A stretch of 64,000 nt of DNA from contig OX597821.1 of the NCBI GenBank assembly GCA_951406725.2, forward strand, positions 28,086,001-28,150,000, read 5' to 3'. The stretch is from Octopus vulgaris. Taxonomy: Eukaryota. This document shows, in pieces, positions 27,532-39,700 of the stretch. A program made the position numbers and the translations under genes. Position 1 is the stretch's first letter; each line of letters starts with the position of its first letter. Under the pieces are notes generated by a model. That model worked only from the letters and a program-made list of their open reading frames with translations, ran no database searches and had not been told where the DNA came from.

Positions 27532-28412
27532 TTTGTCTCTACCTGATTCACATCAATGAAAGTTTTATCTCTATGTTAAATTCCTTCATGTATGTGTATT
27601 GACGTTCCTGAGTTTGTCTTCGAAACATCGCAAAGAATTGACTTTGAATTAAAATAGTATTTTAAATGTGAATTAATTAATTTTAGATAATCAAGGTGAT
27701 TTGTTGAGCAGTTTTAATTAAACTCCATTTGACGTGTTTGGAAATTATTATTCGATACAAATTTTTTAAAGAGAAATTACATTTTAGGATATGTGGTTGT
27801 TATTACTGTTGCAGTTATTCAGTGCACTAATTCATTTTCGGTAATCATATATAATAAATCACATATAATACACATGACTGTTTTTTTTTGCAGAGATATA
27901 ACAGACTCGAGGGAGAATGTAAATAGCGAAACCATATAATTTGAAGGGGGATAGAAACTTAAGAAAATGTCCAGAAGTTATTTTAGGTAGTTAAATACTG
28001 TATTATATCATTAATAATTGTGGATGAAAATTTACTTAAATGAGTTAGTATAAAACTGCATTCAGATTACATAAATTATAGTATTTGAAATAAAAACTCA
28101 CAAGTTTTCTCTGTAAAAATTATTTTGAAATATATTTAGCTTTTCCACAAAGTGAATTCATTGATTGCTAGAATTTCCTGAAATAATTATTTTAAATTGA
28201 TATCTGTTAGAGTATAATGTCTGCTACCATCCTTATTTATTTGAAACACAAAACCACACCTTACTGAGGTGACGCTACTGAAATCTAAAGTTGGTTCTGA
28301 AAGATATATATATATATATATCGTGTTGATGAAACCTACTTTCGATAAATACATTCCTACGAGACATTACATTGACACTTGAGAATTTTCTCTCTCTCTC
28401 TCTTTCTATTTC

Positions 28413-28452
<40 letters not shown>

Positions 28453-29493
28453 CCTACCTGTCCTTCCTACCTATTTATCTCACTCTCTCTCACTTTCTCT
28501 CTCACTATGTGTCTATCACTTTCGGCGAGTTATTAAAGGAGAGGAAACAAAAGTAAAATGAACCGGTGGAGATCATTAAATGGCAGCTTATATATTGGTG
28601 CATCATAACTGAGAACAATCTGTCTTTCAGCAGAATAATATGTCTCAATATTCAAGGAGGTGAAATGTATAGTTATGTTCATGTTTGTCTAAACAGTAAC
28701 ATCAGATAAGATGATGTCAAATTGCCTCCTTTCGAGACGACATGTTTAATTTCCGGTATGCTAGTTAACAGTAATATTTTCATATCATCTCTACAACTAG
28801 TCTATGAAAGACATCAATTTTTAGTTTGTATATATTTAAGTTCAGGCACATACCAATACCAGATAAAATGAGAATTGTATTATATGTCAGCACTGAATTC
28901 ATATCACGACTGCTGATTTGTGGCGGTTCAGTGATAGATTAAAATCTCGCCCGAGGGTTGCTTTTTGTAGCATACAGAACTTGAACACTCATAATATCAA
29001 ACACATATCCTTCTCTATTTTAATGACATATTTTAGACTTTTCGTCTATGCAGTGAGAGACAGATTACAGTACAAGCTGCTCCAAATTAACCATGAACAC
29101 ATAAAATGTATATGAATTTATATGGAAACAATTTAAAGTGATGCAATGATTAAATAGTTGTTGGAAATAATGGGAATTGCATACCCTATTGCTTACGGAG
29201 CAACATAGTGTATTATAGCAGCAGATCTGCAAAACCTCCACACAAACATGCCATTGGCTCATTTGGTCACGGTCAACAAATTCATCATAAAATTTTATAC
29301 TTATACATAACATCAGAATAAAAGCTGTAACGCCTTGATTAGAATTTCTCTTCCGAGTAAGGAATTATTTCATCCAATCTCGATTGCTGAGCCTCTGTAC
29401 AGCCAGTTGTGTTTCTTTTGTCATGTTCTATACTGAATATGTCTATTTCAAGATGATTTTAAAATACTGAATTTTTTGGGGAAAAACAATCCT

Positions 29494-29820
29494 TTCTACT
29501 ATAGGCACAAGGCTTGAAACTTTGCCGGGAAGAGATTAGTCGATTACATCGACTCCAGTGCTTCACTGGTACATAATTTATAGACTCCGAAAGGATAGAA
29601 GGCAAAGTCGACCTCGCCGGTATTAGAACTCAGAATGTAAAGACAAACGAAATGCCGTTAAGCATATAGCCCGCCATGCTAAGAATTCTGCCAGCTCCTC
29701 ACCTTAAAAGATAAACGGCAAATTCCACCTTGGCGGAATTTGAACTGAGAATGTAGAGACAGACGAAATGCTGCGAAGCTTTCACCCTGCGTGTTAACTA
29801 CTCTGCCAGTTCGTCGTATT
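29494..29820 (-). mobile_element. SINE family A plus duplicated head portion
   Basis: GGCAAAGTCGACCTCGCCGG...CTGCCAGCTC, then GGCAAATTCCACCTTGGCGG...CTGCCAGTTC. Confidence 0.75.
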
Positions 29821-30274
29821 TTGAGGGTAAAAATAGTGCAAGGAAACTAACGTACATTCTGAACATGCTTCTGTTTTCCTCTCTCAATAATGAAATAATC
29901 TTCACGCGAGTAAGAAAATAGGAGAGGATAAAGTAGCCATCATTTTTATATTAGAATATGAGATAAAAGGAAGAAGCCACGTAGATTTCAAGGAAACTTA
30001 CCTTCACTTGCACTATGGGAGAGTGCAATTAAAATTCCAGCGCACCCATATTATGCCAGGATTATTTGATAAATTCTCTTATATACAATACTATACATAT
30101 AATTCTCTAATAAATTCAAATAAATGTGTCACATTAATACATTATATTAAAAATGTCATCCGTATAGCAGTTTGCATGCAAACTAAATTGTATACTGGAT
30201 TGAAAGTAGCCACACACTACTTTATATTGTTCCTAGTGCCATTATCTCGTTGATGAGATGGAAGAAGGCAGTTC

Positions 30275-30708
30275 GGATCTCTTCGGTTTGAACGGCAGTT
30301 TTTAACATAATTTCTAGGTAACTAAAAAATTTTAAACGTCGTATACTGGTAGAATATATTTATAAAACATTTTTTCTCTTGGATTCATTGAGAAAATTCT
30401 ATAGTTTGTAAGATATTTGTTGTTTTTTTTCTTCAATTTCTTCAATTTCAACCAATCAGTGACGTCTATTGAGTTAAAAAGCATTCTGTGGGGTATGAAT
30501 ATGTCCCTCGTTTAAGAAACAGACTGGGTTTATTTACATTTGTGAAGAAAAAAAGATACCCTTCCCCCACCCCTAACACTAATTAACCCTAACTACCCCT
30601 AACCCTAAAAGAGATTGAAATGCAATAGATCGATTCTAGGATCATAATTATGGGTGACAATTTCATATGACACCGCTAGAAAAAACTGCCGTCAAACCGA
30701 AAAGATCC
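30275..30708. mobile_element. MITE with TIRs, 8-bp TSD and decayed telomeric repeats, copy 2
   Basis: Same family as 25850-26274; TSD GGCAGTTC/AGCAGTTC (7/8). Confidence 0.85.
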
Positions 30709-31151
30709 AGCAGTTCGTCTGAATCAGTGATAAGTAATCGATTAAAAAAAAAATTCATAGAAGTCTTCTTGCATTGATTTAACAATAAGTCACTACTAAG
30801 CGAAAATGTTTAGCCTCAGTTAGGACAGATCCAGTTACCCGACAAGAATAAAGTAGTTGTATTTTCTTCAGTGTAATACTCTTTCTTTTGATAGAATGGC
30901 ACTCACTAAACATCTGATTTTAGCTACTAAGTCATCATTTACCAATGAGGGTCTGCGGTGAAGGTATTCCAGTGCTGAGTGATATAAACATCTCTCGAAA
31001 AAGCGTCAAATTACTTATATGTAGTGAATCATCTTCGTCTGAGATTAAGGGAGAAAGAGAGAAAAGTGTTAATCGCATAGGATTAAAATGTAGAAAGTAA
31101 GCATTTGTAAAGCCTATTTACTTATATGCATTTACGTTATTTATAACGGTA

Positions 31152-31386
31152 GAAGGCGGTGAGCTGGCAGAATCGTTAGCACGCCGGGCGAAATACGTAG
31201 CCGTATTTCATCTGCCGTTACGTTCTGAGTTCAAATTCCGCCGAGGTCGAATTTGCCTTTCATCCTTTCGGGGTCGATTAAATAAGTAACAGTTACGCAC
31301 TGGGGTCGATATAATTGACTTAATTCGTTTGTCTCTCCTTGTTTGTCCTCTTTGTGTTTAGCCCCTTGTGGGTAGTAAAGAAATAG
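31152..31386 (+). mobile_element. Full-length young SINE family A with TSD
   Basis: Flanking direct repeat GTTATTTATAACGGTAGA at 31136-31153 and 31386-31403; A and B boxes; GCCTTTCATCCTTTCGGGGTCGAT core. Confidence 0.9.
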
Positions 31387-32022
31387 TTATTTATAACGGT
31401 AGACACACGGGAGAGGAATATACTACGGAGATTCAGGCGAAAGCTAAATAAACAAGAGAGAGGAAAGGTTTTGAACACGAAGGAGAGAATTTTCGAGATT
31501 TATTACTTCATTACGTTAAGGAAGTCGACGCACATCATAAATTCTTTTTCTATTCTTGGCATTAGACTTACCTTTATCCTTGTTTCTGCCGAGAAATAAA
31601 TGAACCTTTCTTGGATATATTATCTTTTGTCCACCAAAATATTTATCAAAACAAACTAACACAAGAAAGCACAAATACACATTCGCATATGTACACAAGC
31701 ACATATATGTGTAACACATATTCTTTATAAGTATATAAAAGTTAATGTAATTGCGCATTCCGTTCACTATCTAGAAGTAGATATTGATCCAATTAAAACA
31801 CACCTTTGTATTTACTGACTTCATAACGAATGTAACGAAAATACACAAATGCACATGCACAAGAACAGGTAGGGTAGGGAATCGATTGAATCAAAGTTTA
31901 TTTATATAGTAAGACAATACTTGTTTTCCGTAACGAACACTTCCATGAACCAGCCTCGCTAATTAATAGTAAACAATGAAGAATTGGTCAACGAATATAT
32001 TGAATGGGAACACAATACACAT

Positions 32023-32097
<75 letters not shown>

Positions 32098-32159
32098 CAT
32101 GTATATGTGTGTGTATACATATATACATACATATATATATGTATACATACATATATATA

Positions 32160-33202
32160 CAGTGGTTGGACAAAATAATGAAAACACCTAGTATCATAGC
32201 ATTGTAATTTTGAAATATCTATAAACCGTCAAAAGCTTGTTTATTTTTTATGATTTTTAGTTATTATTAGTGTTGCTTAATATGCTTTGCTAAAATTGCT
32301 GTTTCGTTTTAGATATCCTCAGAAAAAAGTAATTAAAATTCATTAAAATGAAAGATTTATCGGACTTTCAAAGAGGTTTTCTCGTTGGTTCTCGTATGGC
32401 AAGTGTTAGCGTAACGAAAACATCCGAAATGTTTGGTGTATCAAGAAGTACTGTCTCGAAAGTAATGACAGCCTTTGAGAAAGAGGGAAAAACCTCCTCG
32501 CCGAAACAAAACTCCGGAAGAAAACCAAAGCACTCAGATAGGGATAGTCGGACTCTTACGCGAATTGTTAGAAAGGATCACAAAAGTACAGCTCCCAAAA
32601 TTTCTCCAGGGCTTAATGGCCACCTCGAGAACCTAGTTTCCACAAAAACTGTTCACCGGGGGCTGCATAAAGCCGGATTTCACGTGAGGGCTGCAATCAG
32701 AAAACTGCTACTTTCAAAATCAAACGTTGCAAAGCATTTAGAGTGGAGTAAAAACCTACAGAATTGGTCCCTAGAGCAGTGGAAGAATGTTATTTTCTCG
32801 GATGATGAATCCTTTACCTTATTTCCAACCAACGGCCGAGCATACGTGTGGAGAGAACCAAAAGAAGCACGTGACTCAGACTGCCTTCTTCCAACTGTTA
32901 AACATGGAGGAGGATCTGATATGATCTGGGTGGGTGGGAGAGCAATATCTTGGAAATCCACCGGCCCAGTGGTTTCCCTTCATGGCAGAATTAATAGTCA
33001 AGACTATTCAGGCAGTTTATCTTATCAAATTCATCCTATGGTTGCGGAACTGTTTCCGGAGGGAAACGCAATCTTTCAGGATTTACACAAATTTACACAG
33101 CTAAAGTTGTTACTGAATTGCATGAGGTACATTCTAGTGAAGTTGAACATTTTATCTGGCCACCCACAGTTCCCAGATCTCAATATTATTAAACATTTAT
33201 AA
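32160..33202 (+). mobile_element. Tc1-family transposon, 3'-truncated
   Basis: TA|CAGTGGTTGGACAAAATAATG left TIR followed by transposase; right end lost. Confidence 0.85.
32348..33202 (+). pseudogene. Tc1 DDE transposase, inactivated
   Basis: Paired-like HTH, GRKPK, WKNVIFSDDES, TVKHGGGS, IFQD, PDLNIIKHL (catalytic E to K). Compensating frameshifts after IFQD (alternative frame TAKVVTELHEVHSSEVEHFIWPP). Confidence 0.9.
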
Positions 33203-34016
33203 CCTTTGTTCAGTCCTGCTTCTTCAGAGCTTTCTAGGTGTCGACTACTTATATTACTTACTGCTTTTACGGGTGGGTGACGGATTTCAGTCTTCATTCT
33301 CTGACCTTTGAGTTTTATAAACTTCTTAATCTGGCGTGACTTCAACTTTGTGACAACCATCAAGCGTATTCCATACTTGGACATAATAGCCCCCATTGAA
33401 GAGAGAGCCGTAAAGATACCAAAAGCTCAGGGAGATGAACTAAGGTGTAAAGTGAGGCAAGTACTAGAAGAAGCAAAACCTCCTAAACCGAACATCACTA
33501 AGGAAGAAAATTTCGCTATCAAAAGACTACAGAGTGACAATTCCATCATAATACTTCCAGCGGACAAGAAAATGCTATAGCGGTGATGAACAAGTCTGAC
33601 TACTCTGAAAAGTTGTCAAGTCTTATAACTGATGGTAGCTACAGCAAAGAAAAGAAAGACCCCACTTTGAAAACAGAGAAGAAGCTGTCAAAAATCTTGA
33701 TCAAGGACAAGGATCACTTTACACCAATGAAGTACAAACAACTGGCTCAACACCACAGTAAACTACCACACATGTACGGTCTCCTTAAGATTCACAAGGA
33801 TGGTATTCAATTAAGACTCATAGTGAGCTGTAGAGGTTCAGTATATCATTCACTGAGCCGCTTCCTTGTGGATATAATCCGTCTATTAACAGGAAAGTCA
33901 CCTTCGTACATAAAGAATTCCACCCACTTCTCAGAATTGATCAAGGATACTCCCATTGAATCCAACCAGATTGTGAGTCTAGATGTGATAAGCCTGTTCA
34001 CCAAAGTCCCAACTGG
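33203..34016 (+). pseudogene. Penelope/Poseidon-like RT fragment with inverted 5' segment
   Basis: FNFVTTIKRIPYLDII...PNITKEE...IIILPADK...MYGLLKIHK...LIVS...SYIKNS...VSLDVISLFTKVP; 33203-33339 encodes the preceding residues on the minus strand. Confidence 0.85.
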
Positions 34017-35100
34017 TATTTGGAATTCACTTAGATATTCCTTTGCCTGTTTTGTTTCTGAGTATGATACCTTGTTGTTTTCATGCTTTGAATCAAGTTT
34101 TGACATCCAGTCATCAGAGTTTTTCAGGTAGGTGTTTAGGCCAATTTTGATCTAAATACCTTCATTGATAATTCAAGTTGTAAAATTCCAGCCTCTTTTC
34201 TTTGCAAGTATAGTCGTTCCATATCTGCCTTAGCGTGATGTATTCTAAGCATTGTCAAGAATTTTCGTATTTTTCTGTCAATATTACATATTTCAGTACT
34301 GGACCAGTTAAAAATACTGAAACTGTAAGTCACGACCAGTATAGCTAAAATATTGATCGCTTCGATCCTGTTTCTTGCATTCAGCTCTGTCTTCAGTATT
34401 GATCTTACCCTGCGATAACATTTTTTCTGATCCTTTCCCTCATCAGTGAATGTTTAATTCCGTCCTCTTCAATTAACCCTAGGTATTTGTAGCTCAACAC
34501 TGGTTCTAATTCTTTTATGACATTCTGTTGGTCAAGGTTAACGTTAAATGTTTCTGCTATTTTTCCTTTGATAAACGTAGCTTTTGCGCATTTATCCTGA
34601 TGTCATCACTGAATTGTTTAATAATCGCTAGTAGCCCTGTAATTGTCGGTAATTCTTTGCAAATAGCTTTAAAGCATACATGTAAATGAGATGATATATA
34701 TTTTTATCAAACAATTTATAGCGATATTGTACATCAGAGAGGTATTAAGGCTAGACAAAGAGGTGTGGTGATAGAGAGTCACCCTGAAAAAAATTGCCAC
34801 GTGATATTCTAACACTGTTCAAAGTCAGTATAGTTCTGCATGATCTCATACTTACAGAAAAGAAGTTTCGCAGAGTAGGTGCTATTTTAAGCATTTCCTG
34901 ACATTTCTTAATCCAGCTATGTGGTAGGCAATCAAAAGCCTTTTTCTAGTCTATACAGGGTATCGACAGGTTTTTCTTTTGTTTTTGAGAATCTTCCAAG
35001 ATTCTTATTGATGAATAGCTGATATTTACAACCATAGAACCCACGTTTACATCCTTTATGCTCATTAGGGCACATGTCACTTTCTATTAAAAAACTACAG
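34017..35100 (-). pseudogene. R4/Dong-type non-LTR RT fragment
   Basis: HKGCKRGFYGCK, KAFDCLPHSWI, FQGDSLSP, YRRVRSILKTELNARN, HHAKADMERLYLQRKEAG motifs with frameshifts. Confidence 0.8.
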
Positions 35101-35117
35101 ACATTATTTTTAGTGGG

Positions 35118-35290
35118 AGGTGGCAAGTCAATTACATCGACCGCAGTTTATAGCTGGTATTTATTTCCTCGACCCCCGAAAGCATGAAAAGCAAACTCGA
35201 CCTCGGCGGAATTTGAACTGAAGACGTAGCGGCAGATGAAATACTGCTAAGCATTTCGGCTGGCGTACTAACAATCTTGCTAGCTCACTG
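35118..35290 (-). mobile_element. SINE family A
   Basis: CGACCCCCGAAAGCATGAAAAGCAAACTCGACCTCGGCGGAATTTGAACT. Confidence 0.75.
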
Positions 35291-35295
35291 TTTCT

Positions 35296-35427
35296 ACAAT
35301 GATAATAATGAAGGTGAAGATGATAATACCAACAATAACAACAACAACGACAACAACAACAACAACAATAATAATAATAATAATGATGATAATGATAATA
35401 ATGATGATAATAATAATAATAATAATG

Positions 35428-35461
<34 letters not shown>

Positions 35462-35505
35462 CAATAATAATAATAATAGTAATGATAATGATAATAATAA
35501 TAATG

Positions 35506-35587
<82 letters not shown>

Positions 35588-35600
35588 TAATAATAATAAT
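35296..35600. repeat. (AAT)n/(AAC)n/(GAT)n microsatellite
   Basis: Directly visible. Confidence 0.95.
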
Positions 35601-36009
35601 GTTTAATGGTTTTCATTCGTCTTTACATTCAAATTCCCCAAGAACCAGATTTGATATTTATTCTTCCGGTGTGGATAAAAAACGGATCGGTTGAACATGG
35701 GGTCGCTGTAATCGACTTGTCCTTACACACAACAGAGTAGACTGTTGGGAAGTCTGTTGTTGTGCATATGAAAATAGTAATGACAAACATAATAGGGATT
35801 TCAGGGTTTCACACAACGGGATCAATTTCGGTGGAGTCGATTACCATGTTCAACTGGCCCATTCTTTTTTTTATCGACCCCGAAAGAATAAAACTTAAAT
35901 TTGGCTTTGGAAGAATTTAAATGTAAAGACGGGCGTGCTAACGATTCTACAAGCTCTCCACCATAATGACATTCATAATAAAACTAATATATTGTTATTT
36001 TTGCAATTG

Positions 36010-36114
36010 CTACTACTACTACTACTACTGCTGCTACTACTACTACTACTACTATTACTACTACTGCTGCTGCTGCTACTACAACAACTACTACTATTAC
36101 TACTACTACTACTG

Positions 36115-36164
<50 letters not shown>

Positions 36165-36192
36165 GCTACTACTACTACTGCTGCTGCTGCTG

Positions 36193-36273
<81 letters not shown>

Positions 36274-36349
36274 AGCTGCTGCTTCTGCTATTATTATCAT
36301 TATTATTATTGTTATTATTATTATTATTATTATTATAATAATAATAATA

Positions 36350-36388
<39 letters not shown>

Positions 36389-36410
36389 GTTGTTGTTATT
36401 ATTATTATGG
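36010..36410. repeat. (TAC)n/(TGC)n/(TAT)n microsatellite
   Basis: Directly visible. Confidence 0.95.
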
Positions 36411-37865
36411 TTAATTTTATTGTAATTAAAAAGAAAAGAAGCTTAAGTGTAAGATGAAGAGGATAGAATCATTCGGATATACTGTTAAATGCGACAATGT
36501 CCGACAGAAATCAATTTCATTTTATGTACATGAATTAATCTGGGATGGATAATGTAAGCTACGAATATGGCCCCGGACCACTGAAATGATAGAAAGAGGT
36601 GTAGGTGCGGGGGGTTGCGACCAGTGTGGTTGAATTTGTTGTATTGTTTTCTTCACTAATGTTGCAAAAGAATCAATAGATGGCGGCAAATGTCTGTAAT
36701 GGAAGTAAATCACGTAATTGATAGCCAAAAGTCTTTCACAAGACATTCTTTCTCTGTTGTTTTCCGCCATCATTAAAACAAAGCCTATTGACTCTTTATT
36801 TCCTATTCTCTCTCTGTCTTTCCTTTCATCGTTGTATTGTGCATACAATATCGTATTACGTCTCAGTAGTTTTTTTGTTATCCGTCTTTGATTTCTCTCC
36901 TCTTGTCTGCGTCTATTTTCCTTTCTTCTCTCTCTCTTTCCCTCTCCGTCACTCTTTTGTAAGTTAACGTCTGTTTGCCTCTTTCTTCTTACACATACAT
37001 ATGTATACACACAGTCATACACACATTCATAAATGCGTATGTGTAGGTGTGCATATGTGTATAAATTTTAGAAGAAATTGTGATCAAATGTTTAACTACA
37101 GGTTCATACTTGTAGCAAAACAAGTAATACATTGTTATAACGATGCTTGCAAAAAGCTTATAAGCAAATTGATGCGTGATTGCAATCCGAAAATTAAGGC
37201 ATTCAGTGAGCTTTAGGAATTGCACATAGATAATGGTTATTCTTTGCTGATGCTATACTGCAGCTATTTCAGGCCGATAAAATAAAAATTGGCATTAGAA
37301 AGTAATTTAGAATGTAAATAAATTAAAACAGAGAAATAAATATTTCTGTACAGTTTAATTTCCTTTTCATTCCAAATAACACGAAGTAATGTCTCTTTAA
37401 CTTGATAGTATTCGAAATTGTTTCCGAATCAAAGATATAAGACTTTTTTTTAAAATTCTACGGCGTGAATGATTGATTCAGCAAAAGAATCAGAATAAAT
37501 GTTTCTCATGTTTTAGGTTTATCCTCCACCTTATTATTTGAGTTGAAATTTACGAGCCGAGATCAAGTGTCCCAAAGATTTACTTTTGTTTTCTCTCTGC
37601 GGTCACACACACTTTATCGTGCATTATCTTGAAACTACCAATGAAAACAATTCATTTAGTAAGTCACAATAAGTATAATTTGATAAAATGTTCTTTTAGT
37701 CTTATTGGCTTTTGAAAATTAATTGGTCATTTGAAACGATTTTGTTTTCTCTTGCTAGTCCAGGGACTCCAAGGACATTTTGATTTGACAAATGTCGATC
37801 AAGACAACATTGGTAATCGCTCCAACAGCAAGTAGCTGAATCTATAAGATACAAGCAAAAAATGA

Positions 37866-38123
37866 AACGATGATGCTAATGATGACCCCCCCCCCAAGCA
37901 GCCTCCTTTGCCAAGGGAGTATCAAGCTTCAGCGTCGCCGATTATTGCACCGAAACCCAAACTCAGACCCACACATCCGCCTGTCAAACTAAAGAAGCTC
38001 GTGGAGCCTCCACCCAAACCTAGGAAACCTACTACCACTGAAACAGGGAATGTTCTACGTGATATAATCAACATGCTACAGAACCTCACCGAAGAACTCG
38101 ATGTTATACTGGAACTAAGTTAA
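37866..38123 (+). CDS. caskin: Terminal coding exon of a Caskin-like scaffold protein (Pro-rich segment plus Caskin C-terminal tail)
   Basis: PPPKQPPLP...APKPKLRP...PPPKPRKP...TGNVLRDIINMLQNLTEELDVILELS* matches the recalled Caskin tail (IL.DI..M...L.D.LD.MLE). The 5' boundary is uncertain (acceptors at 37763 or 37898/37901). Confidence 0.7.
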   Translation, partial: NDDANDDPPPKQPPLPREYQASASPIIAPKPKLRPTHPPVKLKKLVEPPPKPRKPTTTETGNVLRDIINMLQNLTEELDVILELS

Positions 38124-38341
38124 GAGACGTTGCCTTCGCCATTGTTCATCTCCACGTACCACACATACCGACACATGCATACACACACACACACACTTCT
38201 CCACTTGAAGTCTTATTATACCAGACTACCACTAATACTTTAACTACTCCTGTTGCTGCTGCTACGTTATTTTATTACTATTATTAATATTTAAAAAGCG
38301 GCGGTGGATTGACAGATATATGTATGTATGTGTATATATAC

Positions 38342-38409
<68 letters not shown>

Positions 38410-38419
38410 ATATATATAT

Positions 38420-38580
38420 GGAGAGTTTACGAAAAAAGCAAAAGACGAAAACAGGTGGTGTACAAAACAAACAGATGTTTTAGTATAACGCTCAGGAATA
38501 GAAAAAAGTATTTTACGTTTCCAACCTACGCTCTTCTACAGAAAGGGACATAGAAAAAACGAGAGAAACGAGGAGAGAAA
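38420..38580 (-). mobile_element. Penelope-like 3' end fragment with decayed hammerhead
   Basis: Minus strand CTTTCTGTAGAAGAGCGTAGGTTGGAAACGTAAAA and CCTGAGCGT..ACTA tail, shared with 57070-57372 and 50320-50405. Confidence 0.5.
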
Positions 38581-38631
38581 AAAAATATATATGTATATAT
38601 GTTGGTGTATACACGCACATAAGATGTGTGT

Positions 38632-38662
<31 letters not shown>

Positions 38663-38932
38663 CAACACACATATGTATATATGCATATATGTTTAATACA
38701 TATGCACATATAGTAAAGCTTGGATTGAATATCTTATGGTATTTAGTTACGGCCCTTTATGTTCAGAACTTTGAAACTAACCATGATCGACTTTTATCTT
38801 TTATTCGTTTATGGTTAACGAAATAATATACCAGTCATATTCTGGAGTCAATTCGATCGACTTAATTAACTACCTTCCTTTCCCAAATTCCTGGCCTTGG
38901 GCCTGTTAGAAATGTTAATAATAATAACAACC

Positions 38933-39420
<488 letters not shown>

Positions 39421-39461
<41 letters not shown>

Positions 39462-39530
39462 TGATAATAATAATAATAATGATGATGATAATAATAACAA
39501 CAAGTATTATTATTATTATTATCATTATTA

Positions 39531-39565
<35 letters not shown>

Positions 39566-39571
39566 TTTATT

Positions 39572-39626
<55 letters not shown>

Positions 39627-39700
39627 TTATTATTATTATTGTTATTATTATTATTATTAATATTATTATTATTATTATTATTATTACGGTTATTATTATT
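39421..39700. repeat. (AAT)n switching to (ATT)n
   Basis: Directly visible. Confidence 0.9.

Noticed and set aside
29150-29320. Open frame VVGNNGNCIPYCLRS...
   Set aside because: No splice signals or homology; length is compatible with chance.
36522-37022. 166-aa minus-strand ORF
   Set aside because: Built largely from purine-rich low-complexity and (GT)n sequence; no motif.
39421-39700. (AAT)n/(ATT)n fold-back as a functional hairpin
   Set aside because: Adequately explained by adjacent, opposite-strand simple repeats or retroposon tails, which are common in this window.
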